NCBI GenBank assembly: GCA_037441705.1 | Contig: JBBIRR010000022.1 | Coordinates: 1 to 64,000, forward strand | Source of the DNA: Ignavibacteriales bacterium | GTDB lineage: Bacteria; Bacteroidota; Ignavibacteria; UBA10030; UBA6906 | Reading direction: 5' to 3' | DNA: 64,000 nucleotides | Translations under genes and position numbers: made by a program | Notes under the pieces: generated by a model | The model's input: only the letters and a program-made list of their open reading frames with translations | Database searches by the model: none | What the model was told of the DNA's origin: nothing | Part shown: in pieces, positions 10,185 through 20,022 of the stretch | Position numbering within the stretch: position 1 is the first letter of the stretch | Layout: every line of letters starts with the position of its first letter

Positions 10185-11141
10185 TCAATCCCCCATCACA
10201 GCATACAGAATCGCCTTCTGCACGTGCAGCCGATTCTCGGCTTCGTCGAACACGACGGAATTGGGAGAATCCATAATCTCATCAGTCACTTCTTCTCCTC
10301 GATGAGCAGGCAAGCAGTGCATGAACAGCGCATCGGGCTTAGCATGCGAGAACAACTCGCGATTCACCTGATACGGCTTGAACACCGCACGCCGCTGTTC
10401 CGCTTCGTGTTCCTGCCCCATGCTTGCCCAGGTGTCTGTGTAAATAACGTCGGCATCTCGGGCCGCCTCAACGGGGTCCTCCGTGACGATAATCGTGCCG
10501 CCGTGTTTTGCGGCCAACTCTCTCCCACGATCGACGACACGGGCGTTCGCCGCATACGAAGCAGGCGTAGCGATACAAAACGTTGTCCCCCATTTCGCGG
10601 CCATCAGCAACAGTGAATGTGCTACGTTGTTGCCATCTCCGATGTAAGACACCTTCAACTTCTTGATGTTCTTCTTATGCTCGGCGATCGTGAAGAAGTC
10701 CGCCATCGCCTGGCATGGATGTTCGAAGTCCGTAAGTCCGTTGATAACGGGGATGTCAGCATGTCTTGCAAACGACTCCACAACCTCCTGCCCGAACGTC
10801 CGAATCATCACGCCGTTCACCATGCGCTCAAGATTTTTTGCAACGTCATACACCGACTCCCGTTTGCCCAGAATCATGTCGCCCGGCGGATAATCTATCC
10901 ACATGCCGCCAAGCGTACTGATGCCGACCGAGAATGTTGTGCGCGTTCGGAGTGACGGCTTTTCGAAGATCAGGGCAAGCGTTTTTCCTTCCAGAGCTCG
11001 AGCATACTTCTTCGGCCGTTTCTTCATGTCCGCTGCAATCTCGAACAACAGCTTGATCTCCTGAATCGAAAAATCATCAACCGACAAGAAATCACGGCCC
11101 TGCAGGCGTGAGCAATCGAACTTCGGACGTCGTTTCTTCAT
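10185..11141 (-). CDS. argF: Ornithine carbamoyltransferase
   Basis: FEKPSLRTR, HPCQ, DTWASMG and HCLP motifs. Confidence 0.95.
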   Translation of the reverse strand: MKKRRPKFDCSRLQGRDFLSVDDFSIQEIKLLFEIAADMKKRPKKYARALEGKTLALIFEKPSLRTRTTFSVGISTLGGMWIDYPPGDMILGKRESVYDVAKNLERMVNGVMIRTFGQEVVESFARHADIPVINGLTDFEHPCQAMADFFTIAEHKKNIKKLKVSYIGDGNNVAHSLLLMAAKWGTTFCIATPASYAANARVVDRGRELAAKHGGTIIVTEDPVEAARDADVIYTDTWASMGQEHEAEQRRAVFKPYQVNRELFSHAKPDALFMHCLPAHRGEEVTDEIMDSPNSVVFDEAENRLHVQKAILYAVMGD

Positions 11142-11212
11142 CGAGGATTTCTTCCCAAAAGGATGAGTGAATCAATGGATTGATGGATTCTTGGTGTTCC
11201 GGATTGGCCTCT

Positions 11213-11303
11213 TGCAACATGCGTGCCGCCGGAGTCTCGCATTTTGCAGCTTGTTTTTCAATGGCTTAGCCGAACAACCATGAATTGTTCCCATGTTTGG
11301 GAA
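11213..11303 (-). promoter_or_regulatory. Putative sigma54 promoter with IHF-like site and palindromic upstream activator site
   Basis: Minus strand cGGCACGcatgTTGCA (11213-11228); tttcaatggctta (11256-11268) resembles WATCAAN4TTR; palindrome ttcccaTGTTtgggaa (11288-11303). Confidence 0.6.
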
Positions 11304-11730
11304 GCCTGTGTTGATTTCATCAACAGCAAGCATGCTCAAGGTAGCGATTCGGGGAAGAGATGCAAGTGACGGCTACGACCTTCTCATGCTCGATATGCAT
11401 TCTTCGATTACCAGAGACTCGAGATGTTTCTTTTTTTCGCCTGCATTCCAAGGTGTTGAATATCCCGTCGAACGTCATTACATTCGTTCGAGCCTTCAGC
11501 CCGTGAACTCCGTCGATCTCGCTCGACCACGGGAATTTGAAAACCGGAGGTTTCCATGAACCTCAACGAGCTTCCTGCATGCAATGCACCTACCCCGAGG
11601 CTCTCCTCTCATCTGCAACCCGCGTCCGAATGTGTCAACTCCAAAGAGCTAACTTGCTTTGGTGTGTTGTCTTGGCAAAAGCTGCTCGCAACGCAACTCA
11701 TAACTCTACCACCAACAAGGAGCGTTCGCC

Positions 11731-13239
11731 ATGAGGCTGAAAGAATGGTGTTTCGTGACAACAGCAATAGCATTGCTGTGCGCGATCAACTCCCCGTTGC
11801 TCTTCGCTCAATACTTCAGTTCTCCGGTTCGTATCACGAGTGGCAGCAGCAACGACATTCATCCTACACTTGCCAATGCACCTGATTGGTGGTTTGCGCC
11901 GGGCGAGGAATGGCTCGCCTTCAGCAGGAATGGAAAGAATATCCATCTCACGCACACTGCCGGACTCGGTGCCAGATGGCCCGACACAACCTACGCACTC
12001 ACCACCGACTCCATGGACAACGACTTTCCTTCTCTAACGCGGACACAAATCGGGTTTTCTCAGAACCGACCCATGATGTTGGTGTGGCAGTCTCGAAAGT
12101 ATGGAAACCTGGACATCTTCTATTCGCATTACCGTGACACGGCGTGGTCTGCACCCCGACCGCTGTCAACTGATCCTCGTGACGATCAATTCGCTCAGGT
12201 CGTCTATCGTGACAGCGGGTTCGCAGTCGTGTGGGAACGTGCAGGCCGCATTCTCTTCTCAGAGTTTGTGGGCAACCAATGGTCGCCTCCCGAATTCGTT
12301 ACTCCACCAGGCGACACGTTGAACACGCAGCCCGATGTGTTCTTCATAGGCTTTCTCGACCGTGTCCCGCTCGTCGTTTGGGAACGCAGCAAAGCGCCTG
12401 CACCGGGAAGCGCGATCATGTTTTCGTTTCGCACTGCAACAGGATGGATGACGCCGGATACCGTGTGGGCAACCGACGACAATCATCGGCCGAGATTTTT
12501 CAAGGTGCGCCGCATGTACCTTGGCGTCGCACTTTCCTGGAGTTCCACCGCGCGCGGACAAACACAACTGCTGATGCGCGACGGAGATTACACCAATTCT
12601 GCGATTCGTTGGAATCCCGTGTACGTTCCCCCGCAGCCGCCGGGCATCAATGCGCATGCGGCATTCAACGGAACGATCATCGTTACGGTGCCGAACTCGC
12701 TCAGCCTCTTCTGGTCGGTTGGTGTGTGGAGCAGCAGCAACTCGACGGGCAGAGGTCAGATTCTTGCACTGCCTGCATTTATCCCACAGCCTATCACCAT
12801 CTCGAGCAGTGTGCCTGGATTCAACCGTCACCCCGATGTTGCCTCCGGCATCTTTCGCAACGACGCATACCACATCTGGTGTGTGTGGGAAAACAACCAG
12901 GACAGTGTTTGGAAACTGTACGGTTGCTATGCGAGCTTTAGTTTTTTTGCTGTGGATGAAAAGACTAACGCGCCAGGGGCGTTCGTACTGCATCAGAACT
13001 ATCCCAATCCGTTCAACCCGGTAACAACCATCGGGTTCAGGGTTCAAAGTTCAGGGCGCGTGATCCTGAAGGTCTACGACGTGTTGGGGCGAGAGGTGGC
13101 GACGCTTGTGGATGGGATTCAGGATTCTGGATTTAAGGCGGTGGAGTTCGACGGCAGCAATCTGCCGAGCGGCATCTATTTTTACCGGCTACAGTGGAAT
13201 GGCGCTTCTCTGACAAGAAAGGCATTGCTTCTGCGGTAA
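11731..13239 (+). CDS. Secreted protein with T9SS type A sorting CTD
   Basis: Signal peptide, repeated VW-E/Q beta-propeller-like blades, C-terminal [10 protein letters not shown]...SGIYFYRL...K. Confidence 0.85.
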   Translation: MRLKEWCFVTTAIALLCAINSPLLFAQYFSSPVRITSGSSNDIHPTLANAPDWWFAPGEEWLAFSRNGKNIHLTHTAGLGARWPDTTYALTTDSMDNDFPSLTRTQIGFSQNRPMMLVWQSRKYGNLDIFYSHYRDTAWSAPRPLSTDPRDDQFAQVVYRDSGFAVVWERAGRILFSEFVGNQWSPPEFVTPPGDTLNTQPDVFFIGFLDRVPLVVWERSKAPAPGSAIMFSFRTATGWMTPDTVWATDDNHRPRFFKVRRMYLGVALSWSSTARGQTQLLMRDGDYTNSAIRWNPVYVPPQPPGINAHAAFNGTIIVTVPNSLSLFWSVGVWSSSNSTGRGQILALPAFIPQPITISSSVPGFNRHPDVASGIFRNDAYHIWCVWENNQDSVWKLYGCYASFSFFAVDEKTNAPGAFVLHQNYPNPFNPVTTIGFRVQSSGRVILKVYDVLGREVATLVDGIQDSGFKAVEFDGSNLPSGIYFYRLQWNGASLTRKALLLR

Positions 13240-13287
13240 ATGCAAATTGCGAAGAACACATCTGACCGTTATCTGACGCGAGGGCGT

Positions 13288-14520
13288 ATGGGATCACATC
13301 TGACGTTTGGTTTAGTCATCGGTCTTGCCACATACAATGTGACCTGGGGCCAGACGGGCTGGGTGATGTTGAACAGCGGAACGACAGAACAACTTCATGC
13401 TCTGCACTTCGTGAACGAGGATACCGGTTATGTTTCCTCCTCCACTCAAGTACGAAAGACAACGGATGGAGGGCTGAACTGGGTTCCGATCTCAGTTCCG
13501 ACACCTCGTATCAACGACATCCAATTTCTGGATGCGAGTACAGGATATGTGTTGGATAATGCCTTCATCCATAAGACAACCGATGGAGGTGCAAGCTGGA
13601 CATCCTACGTCCTTGCAGGCACGTGTGGAATTCGGATGCACTTTGTGAACCTGCTGATCGGTTTCGTCGGAGCTTGTTCTGCCGGTGTCTACCGAACGAC
13701 CAACGGAGGGGTCAGTTGGCAAAACGCACCGATTCCCTTCGTGGCAGGTCGCTTCGAGTTTGGCGCGATACGGTTTACAACAGAGACCACAGGGTTTGCT
13801 GTCCTCAACTTTGAAAATGAGCCCAATCCATCCAATGCCATGATCTACCGGACACAATCGCGTGGAAAAGAATGGTCACATGTCCACGCGAGTCCGGGGA
13901 GCCTACGATCTCTTTCCTTCCCCGCCTCCGACACAGGGTACGCTGCCGGATACAACAAGGTCGTGCGCACAACCGACGGAGGTGGACATTGGAACGTCAT
14001 TGCGGTCAACGCTAACGTGAACGACGTCTACTTCACTTCAACCCGCGTCGGATATATCGCCGGATGGCAAGGCAGAATCCTGAGAACAACCGACGGTGGA
14101 GGAAGCTGGGAGCTGCAGACGACACCTGCGATGCTGGATCTCCACGCAATCTTCTTCGTCAACGACAGTGTGAGATACGCCGCAGGGTCAGGAGGAATCA
14201 TCCTCAAAACCCGAACTGGAGGCACAACGGCTGTGTTGGAGCGCGACGGAATCCCTCACTCGGTCGTTCTCCATCAGAACTATCCCAACCCGTTCAACCC
14301 GAGCACGACGATTCGGTTCGAGGTTTCACGTTCCGGGTTTGTGAGTTTGAAAGTCTACAACCTGCTCGGACAGGAAGTGGCGACGCTTGTGGATGGGATT
14401 CAGGATTCTGGATTTAAGGCGGTGGAGTTTGATGGCAGCAATCTGCCGAGCGGGGTGTATTTCTACCAACTGAAGGCGGGGCACTTCGTGCAGACAAAGA
14501 AGATGCTTCTCATTCGTTAG
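13288..14520 (+). CDS. YCF48/BNR-repeat beta-propeller protein with T9SS CTD
   Basis: Repeated TTDGGxxW Asp-boxes and a CTD. Start chosen at the GAGGG RBS; the ORF track starts at 13240. Confidence 0.85.
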   Translation: MGSHLTFGLVIGLATYNVTWGQTGWVMLNSGTTEQLHALHFVNEDTGYVSSSTQVRKTTDGGLNWVPISVPTPRINDIQFLDASTGYVLDNAFIHKTTDGGASWTSYVLAGTCGIRMHFVNLLIGFVGACSAGVYRTTNGGVSWQNAPIPFVAGRFEFGAIRFTTETTGFAVLNFENEPNPSNAMIYRTQSRGKEWSHVHASPGSLRSLSFPASDTGYAAGYNKVVRTTDGGGHWNVIAVNANVNDVYFTSTRVGYIAGWQGRILRTTDGGGSWELQTTPAMLDLHAIFFVNDSVRYAAGSGGIILKTRTGGTTAVLERDGIPHSVVLHQNYPNPFNPSTTIRFEVSRSGFVSLKVYNLLGQEVATLVDGIQDSGFKAVEFDGSNLPSGVYFYQLKAGHFVQTKKMLLIR

Positions 14521-14554
14521 TAAACCATCAACACCTTTCACGAGTGAGATTGAG

Positions 14555-16366
14555 ATGCGACAGATTATCGCAACGTGGTGTTTGATCTGGACTGTGTCTG
14601 TTGCGCAGAGCCAGCCAAACCGCTCTCCGCTCACGTACATGGAGTCTTCCACGGGTCTGCAAACGATCGCGCTCGATGGCGGTAGAACGGAAATCGAGAT
14701 CGCCGACATCAACCGCGATGGGCATCCGGACCTGCTCTCCATCGGCGACCACGGCAGTCCGTTTGTCAACACGCAGCAGCATGGCATTATGGTGTGGTTC
14801 GGAAACGGAACGGCAGCAAATTGGAATCTTGTTCAGAACGGAAACTTCGGCTACGGCGGGATTGCCGTCGGCGATGTGAACAACGATGGCCTGCTCGATG
14901 TCGGCTACGGCATGCACCACGATTATTCCAGCAACGACTTCGGCGACCAATTGCTTGAAGCGGCGTTGGGCGACGGCACGGGAATGAACTGGACGCCGTG
15001 GGATGATAGTCTCGCATCGCAAGGTGAGACGTGGGGAATGTTCACCACGGATTTTGCAGACGTTGATAACGACGGTTTGCTTGATGTCGGCTCGGTGTCG
15101 TTCGGTTGCTGCGCGGGCGTGCATGTGTACAGGAATCTCGGCACCGGCACGTGGCGCCAGACCTTCGGCTTCCTCGGCGGAAACTCACAAATGGAATTCG
15201 CGTTCGGCGACATCAACGGCGATGGAAATGCCGACTTCGTGACGTCTCAACAATACGGCGCAGTCTATTTCGGAAGCGGAGAGGGGAACTTCACGCTTGC
15301 TCACGGCAACCTTCCCGCGTTGGGCAATCTCGGCTTGCGTGGCATATCGCTCGGCGATATCAACAACGATGGCCGCAAGGATGTTACATTTGTCGTCTCC
15401 GGCGGCGTGCAGGTATGGACGTGGAGCGACTCCGCGCAAGCGTGGGTCAACCGTTCGGCAAATCTTCCTGTCTCCGGCAGCTATTCCGTCGCCCGACTTT
15501 ACGACATGAATGTTGATGGATTCGTCGACGTGGTTGCTTTCGGTGCGGGTGCGGTCTCTGTGTGGGCAGGCGATGGCGGCACGAGCTGGACGCAGATCGC
15601 GTCGTTCACTACACACGCATCGCCCGGAACGTATTCGGCAATCGCCATCGGCGATGTTGATCACAACGGCTTCCCCGACATCGTCGTCGAAGCAGAAGAG
15701 AGCTGCGGTCTCTTCTGCACACGGAACATCATCCGACTCTTCAAGGAAACAAGCACGCCTTCTGCACTAACGATCACCCCCCTTTCGCCACGCGGCGGCG
15801 AAAAGTTCAAAGGCCAGTCTGTGCAGTTTCTTGACTGGATCAGCAGCGTTCCGTCGGATTCGGTCACGTCGGTGAGAATCGAGCTTTCGACTTCCGGTGC
15901 GAATGGGCCGTGGATGGTCGTCGCGGACAGTCTGCCCAACAACGGACGCCATCAGTGGCGCGTGCCTGTCGGCATCAATTCAACCACCTGCCATCTTCGT
16001 TACTCTGCGAGGACGCGCAGCGGCTCAAGCGCATTGGCAGTAACTCCCCGCCCCTTTGCCATCGTCGGCGCAACGTCCGTTGAGACGAGCGATCAGCCCC
16101 CGTCGGAGTTCCGGCTTGAGCAGAACTATCCGAATCCCTTCAACCCTGTAACAACCATCGGGTTCAGGGTTCAAGGTTCAAGGCGGGTGACGTTGAAGGT
16201 GTACGATGTGCTGGGGCGAGAGGTGGCGACGCTGGTGGATGGCATTCTCGATCCTGGATACAAGTCGGTGAAGTTCGACGGCAGCAATCTGCCGAGCGGC
16301 ATCTATTTCTATCGCCTTAGTGCAGGCGATTTTGTTCAAACAAAAAAGATGATGTTGATCAGGTAA
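14555..16366 (+). CDS. FG-GAP/VCBS-repeat protein with T9SS CTD
   Basis: Seven DxNxDG-like calcium-binding repeats, a PRGGE Ig-like module and a CTD. Confidence 0.87.
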   Translation: MRQIIATWCLIWTVSVAQSQPNRSPLTYMESSTGLQTIALDGGRTEIEIADINRDGHPDLLSIGDHGSPFVNTQQHGIMVWFGNGTAANWNLVQNGNFGYGGIAVGDVNNDGLLDVGYGMHHDYSSNDFGDQLLEAALGDGTGMNWTPWDDSLASQGETWGMFTTDFADVDNDGLLDVGSVSFGCCAGVHVYRNLGTGTWRQTFGFLGGNSQMEFAFGDINGDGNADFVTSQQYGAVYFGSGEGNFTLAHGNLPALGNLGLRGISLGDINNDGRKDVTFVVSGGVQVWTWSDSAQAWVNRSANLPVSGSYSVARLYDMNVDGFVDVVAFGAGAVSVWAGDGGTSWTQIASFTTHASPGTYSAIAIGDVDHNGFPDIVVEAEESCGLFCTRNIIRLFKETSTPSALTITPLSPRGGEKFKGQSVQFLDWISSVPSDSVTSVRIELSTSGANGPWMVVADSLPNNGRHQWRVPVGINSTTCHLRYSARTRSGSSALAVTPRPFAIVGATSVETSDQPPSEFRLEQNYPNPFNPVTTIGFRVQGSRRVTLKVYDVLGREVATLVDGILDPGYKSVKFDGSNLPSGIYFYRLSAGDFVQTKKMMLIR

Positions 16367-16400
16367 CCTGTTTCAAACAGGACAACACATGGAGGCATAC

Positions 16401-17738
16401 ATGAGGCGCGTCATTATTCTCATGTCCTCCGTTTTCATACACCTTCTTCTCAACAGCGGAGGCAGCCGGGCACAGTGGGCGCCGCAAACCAGCGGAACGC
16501 TGGCACATCTCAAGGATGTCGTCATGCTCGATTCACTCACGGCCATCTGTGTCGGCGATAGCGGCAAGATTCTCAAGACAACCAACGCGGGACTTCTCTG
16601 GCAAACGAAGTTCAGCGGCCATCAGCGTTGGAATGAGATTGCGTTCGTCAATCCCAACCTCGGCATCGTCGTTGGCGATAGCACCGCAGCGGCGGTAACG
16701 ACCGATGGCGGCGAGACGTGGGCTGCATGGACGCAAACCGGACCCATCAACTTCAACACAATAGCAGTTGTTGGAATGGTCAGCATCTTCATCGGCACAA
16801 GTGCGGGAACTGTGCTGTACTCGCATGACGGCGGCTCGACATGGGGTCAGTTTGTCCTTCCTGCGCAAGAGGCGGTTCATTCTATTTTCGGCGAGCGCGG
16901 CGACTTTACTCCTGTAAGCGTGTACATAGCAACATCCAGGAAGGTCTTCAAGAGTTCGGACCTCGGCGCATCGTGGAGCCAGGACTCCCTGCAGCTAACA
17001 CCATCGGCGAATCTGATTCGGGGAACGATGGCACCGAACGGAACAGCCTATGCCGTTGGAGTCGAAGGGAATCCCGGTCCGCTTCCTGTTATCCTTTGCA
17101 AAACCCGCCTGGACACAGTCTGGAGGAAGTTCATCTTCATGCCGCCCATGATTCCCGTCGTAGTAGCGGACGTTTCTGCACCGTCAAGCACTGTTGCCCA
17201 CGCGTGCGGAACGGGCGGCTACTTCTTTAAGACTATTGACGGCGGGAGTTTCTGGACTTTTTACCCAAGCGGCAGTAACAACCTGAGAGCCATTCACTTC
17301 TTCGACGAGCGGCGCGGGTTTGCTGTCGGCGACTCAGGCACGATTCTGTTTACCGGGAATGGTGGAACGACGTCGGTGCAGGAGGCGACTACAGCACCTT
17401 TTGGTTTTGCGCTGGAGCAGAACTATCCAAACCCATTTAACTCCTCTACGCGCATCCGCTTCTCGGTTCGGGGTTTGGGGTTTGAGGAGAGGGGTTCAGG
17501 GGTCAGGGGTCAAGGTTCAGGGCGCGTGACGTTGAAGGTGTACGATGTGCTGGGCCGAGAGGTGGCGACGTTAGTGGATGGGATTCTCGATGTGGCGCGA
17601 AGCGCCATGGCGCCAGAGGCGCTCACAGGATACAAATCGGTCGAGTTCGATGGCAGCAATCTGCCGAGCGGGGTGTATTTCTACAGGTTGATGTTCGGAC
17701 AATTCGTTCAAACGAAAAAGATGATTCTCATCCGTTGA
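16401..17738 (+). CDS. YCF48/BNR-repeat protein with T9SS CTD carrying two in-frame insertions
   Basis: GGAGG RBS, Asp-box repeats; CTD has 14 extra residues (heptamer tract) and a [12 protein letters not shown] insert. Confidence 0.85.
   Translation: MRRVIILMSSVFIHLLLNSGGSRAQWAPQTSGTLAHLKDVVMLDSLTAICVGDSGKILKTTNAGLLWQTKFSGHQRWNEIAFVNPNLGIVVGDSTAAAVTTDGGETWAAWTQTGPINFNTIAVVGMVSIFIGTSAGTVLYSHDGGSTWGQFVLPAQEAVHSIFGERGDFTPVSVYIATSRKVFKSSDLGASWSQDSLQLTPSANLIRGTMAPNGTAYAVGVEGNPGPLPVILCKTRLDTVWRKFIFMPPMIPVVVADVSAPSSTVAHACGTGGYFFKTIDGGSFWTFYPSGSNNLRAIHFFDERRGFAVGDSGTILFTGNGGTTSVQEATTAPFGFALEQNYPNPFNSSTRIRFSVRGLGFEERGSGVRGQGSGRVTLKVYDVLGREVATLVDGILDVARSAMAPEALTGYKSVEFDGSNLPSGVYFYRLMFGQFVQTKKMILIR
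17458..17520 (+). repeat. Expanded heptamer tandem tract (GGTTCRG-type) inside a CTD
   Basis: gcttctc-ggttcgg-ggtttgg-ggtttga-ggagagg-ggttcag-gggtcag-gggtcaa-ggttcag: 9 units versus 3 in the paralogous CTDs. Confidence 0.75.
17592..17627. repeat. REP-like palindromic insert in a CTD, copy 1
   Basis: gtggcgc-gaa-gcgccat hairpin plus ggcgccagaggcgctcaca; 35/36 identical to 18877-18912. Confidence 0.7.
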
Positions 17739-17760
17739 CAAAAAAAAGCAAGAGAGTGCC

Positions 17761-19023
17761 GTGATAAGAATTCTTGTTCTCTTTGCGATTGCATTGCCGT
17801 CGTTCAGAGCAGCAGGCCAGGGTTGGGTGCGGCAAACGAGCGGCACATCGAATTTCTTCTACAGTGTCTATTTCACATCACCAACCAGCGGCTGGGTTGT
17901 GGGACAAGGGGGGACAATCCTCCACACAACCAACGGAGGCTCGACGTGGACGCCACAAGCAAGCGGCACTACGAATTTCCTCTATTCGATCTTCTTCATA
18001 GATGCAAACACCGGGTGGACGGTGGGACAAGGCGGAACAATCCTCAAGACAACGAATGCGGGTACAACGTGGACGCCACAAACCAGCGGCGTGATCAATT
18101 ACCTTTATTCCGTCACGTTCACCGATTTGAACACGGGGTACATAGTTGGCAGTGAGGGACTTATCCTGCGAACGAGCAACGGCGGCGAGCAATGGACATC
18201 CGTCCCGAGTGGATTGACGAACACGCTGAGTGCAGTATGTTTTCCCATCAGCAGCGCGTCCATGGTGGGATACGCAGTCGGAGGCAGTGCTTCGTTCGGT
18301 ACGATCATCAAAACAATCGACCGCGGCGCGTCATGGTTCAGTCTCGATGCCGGAACGACGAACTGGCTCTTCGGGGTGTATTTCACGGACTTGATGACCG
18401 GATGGGCTGTCGGGTTCAACGGAACAATTCGAGCTACGACCGACGGCGGAGCAACGTGGATGCCTCAGGCAAGCAACACGGTGGAACGACTCGTTGGTGT
18501 ACACTTCCCGACTCGCACGACCGGCTGGGCTGTCGGATTTGCAGGCACGATCCTCAAGACGGAAAACAGCGGAGAAGAATGGAGACCGCAGGCAAGCGGC
18601 ACGACAAGCAATCTCTGGTCGGTGTTCTTCGTTGATTCACTCACCGGCTGGGCAGTGGGATGGAACGGAACGATTCTCCACACGCGTACAGGAGGAACCA
18701 CGGACGTAGCTGAGGAGACGACACCGTACACGCATGTGCTGTATCAGAATTATCCCAACCCGTTCAACCCTGTAACAACCATTGGGTTCAGGGTTCAAGG
18801 TTCTGGGCGAGTTACTTTGAAGGTGTACGATGTATTGGGGCGAGAAGTGGCGACGCTGGTCGATGGGATTCAGGATGTGGCGCGAAGCGCCATGGCGCCA
18901 GGGGCGCTCACAGGATACAAGTCGGTGGTGTTTGATGGGAGCAAGTTGCCGAGTGGGGTGTATTTCTATCGGCTGAACGCAGGCTCGGTCACACAAACGA
19001 AGCGGATGGTGCTGTTGCGATGA
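17761..19023 (+). CDS. YCF48/BNR-repeat protein (regular ~42-aa repeats) with T9SS CTD
   Basis: Seven repeats of WxxQxSGTxNxLxxVxFxDxxTGWxVGxxGTIL and a CTD. Confidence 0.88.
   Translation: MIRILVLFAIALPSFRAAGQGWVRQTSGTSNFFYSVYFTSPTSGWVVGQGGTILHTTNGGSTWTPQASGTTNFLYSIFFIDANTGWTVGQGGTILKTTNAGTTWTPQTSGVINYLYSVTFTDLNTGYIVGSEGLILRTSNGGEQWTSVPSGLTNTLSAVCFPISSASMVGYAVGGSASFGTIIKTIDRGASWFSLDAGTTNWLFGVYFTDLMTGWAVGFNGTIRATTDGGATWMPQASNTVERLVGVHFPTRTTGWAVGFAGTILKTENSGEEWRPQASGTTSNLWSVFFVDSLTGWAVGWNGTILHTRTGGTTDVAEETTPYTHVLYQNYPNPFNPVTTIGFRVQGSGRVTLKVYDVLGREVATLVDGIQDVARSAMAPGALTGYKSVVFDGSKLPSGVYFYRLNAGSVTQTKRMVLLR
18877..18912. repeat. REP-like palindromic insert in a CTD, copy 2
   Basis: Same sequence and same insertion site as 17592-17627. 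Confidence 0.7.
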
Positions 19024-19061
19024 GGCTCGACTGACAAGAATTTGGTCTCTCGCTTTTGATT

Positions 19062-19094
19062 TGAATCCCGCCCCATGAGCCTTGAGGCGGGATT
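19062..19094 (+). terminator. Probable intrinsic terminator of the CTD array
   Basis: aatcccgcc...ggcgggattt stem followed by a T-rich tail. Confidence 0.55.
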
Positions 19095-19106
19095 TGCATT
19101 TCTCGC

Positions 19107-19367
19107 AAGGAGCCGCTGTATAATGTGGTGAAGCATGCGGGGGCGAACGAAGTGCGTCTCCGAGTCCCCATCCTTGCGCGGGGAATGCAGATTGTTATTG
19201 AGGACAACGGCTGCGGGTTTGGTCTCGGCCAGCTATCTCCGTTTGGCAATGGACTGATCAATATGCGGAAAAGAATGGAAGAGGTTGACGGCTCGTTGAA
19301 AGTGGATTCAGCCCTGGGAAAGGGTACCAAACTGACGGTTGATATTGTTCCCTCCGATGTTCCATAG
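19107..19367 (+). pseudogene. Orphan HATPase_c fragment of a NarX/UhpB-type sensor kinase
   Basis: KEPLYNVVKHAGA...IEDNGCGF...GNGLINMRKR...GKGTKL (N, G1 and G2 boxes) with no upstream HisKA or sensor domain. Confidence 0.75.
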
Positions 19368-19503
19368 GCGGCACGATTTGTTGAGAAACTCGCACTGGAT
19401 TGATTATGATTGGAGATTTTACAAACTTTGTCGAGTTCGTCCAAACGAAACGGATGATGCTTATGCGCTGACCCGACAATGCTTTCATGATTGTTTTGAA
19501 AAC

Positions 19504-19717
19504 GGGTCGCCTCCACGGGGCTGATTTGGTCTATCCGTTGGCACTACTCCAAACAGATCGTCCGTTCGGGACTCACATACTCTCATCGGCAGTCACGCAA
19601 ACACAGGCACCGGCCACCGGCAGCGCGACTGTTGATTGCACCATCCGCTTCGTAGGAACGGCACTGTTTGTAGAACCCAAGAGCAAAGATATCTCTCAAG
19701 CCCCGTCGGGGCGACCT
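19504..19717. repeat. REP-doublet (REPIN/BIME-like) cluster
   Basis: gggtcgcctccacggggct (19504-19522) is inverted to agccccgtcggggcgacct (19699-19717, 16/19). Inner pair: ...caaacagatcgtccgttcgggact and cgtaggaacggcactgtttgtag. Confidence 0.55.
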
Positions 19718-19789
19718 AATCATGTTCGATCCTCCATCGGTTAATGCGTTCGTTTTTCTCTCCCTCACCTCAAATCCTACCACCTCTCT

Positions 19790-19929
19790 GAGGCTGTACA
19801 AAAAGTAACCATTGTCATTCTGAACGTAGCGAAGCGGAGTGAAGAATCCAGTAAATGGCTCGGTTCTGGATTCTTCGCCTCTGAGAAACGAGGCTCAGAA
19901 TGACGTAATACTACTTTTTGGTCAGCCTC
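19790..19929. mobile_element. ~140-bp MITE-like palindromic element
   Basis: 18-bp terminal inverted repeats gaggctgtacaaaaagta / tactttttggtcagcctc (16/18), enclosing nested IRs gtcattctga...tcagaatgac and gaagaatcca...tggattcttc. Confidence 0.6.
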
Positions 19930-20022
19930 TCATGCCGGCAAACCGCTCCCCCTTGTGTCCGAACCTAAGAATGCCTATACTCATACGTTCAATTCACCTT
20001 CACCATAATTACGGAGGTTCGG

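Noticed and set aside
11293-11700. Short ORFs between argF and the CTD array
   Set aside because: No RBS or domain signal, and they overlap likely divergent promoter DNA.
17820-18700. Regular ~126-bp periodicity as a CRISPR array
   Set aside because: These are in-frame protein repeats (BNR/YCF48 blades) with degenerate codons, not repeat-spacer units.
12990-18980. Repeated CTD segments as a diversity-generating retroelement or shufflon
   Set aside because: No reverse transcriptase or invertase in the window, differences are not adenine-specific, and all repeats are in direct orientation.
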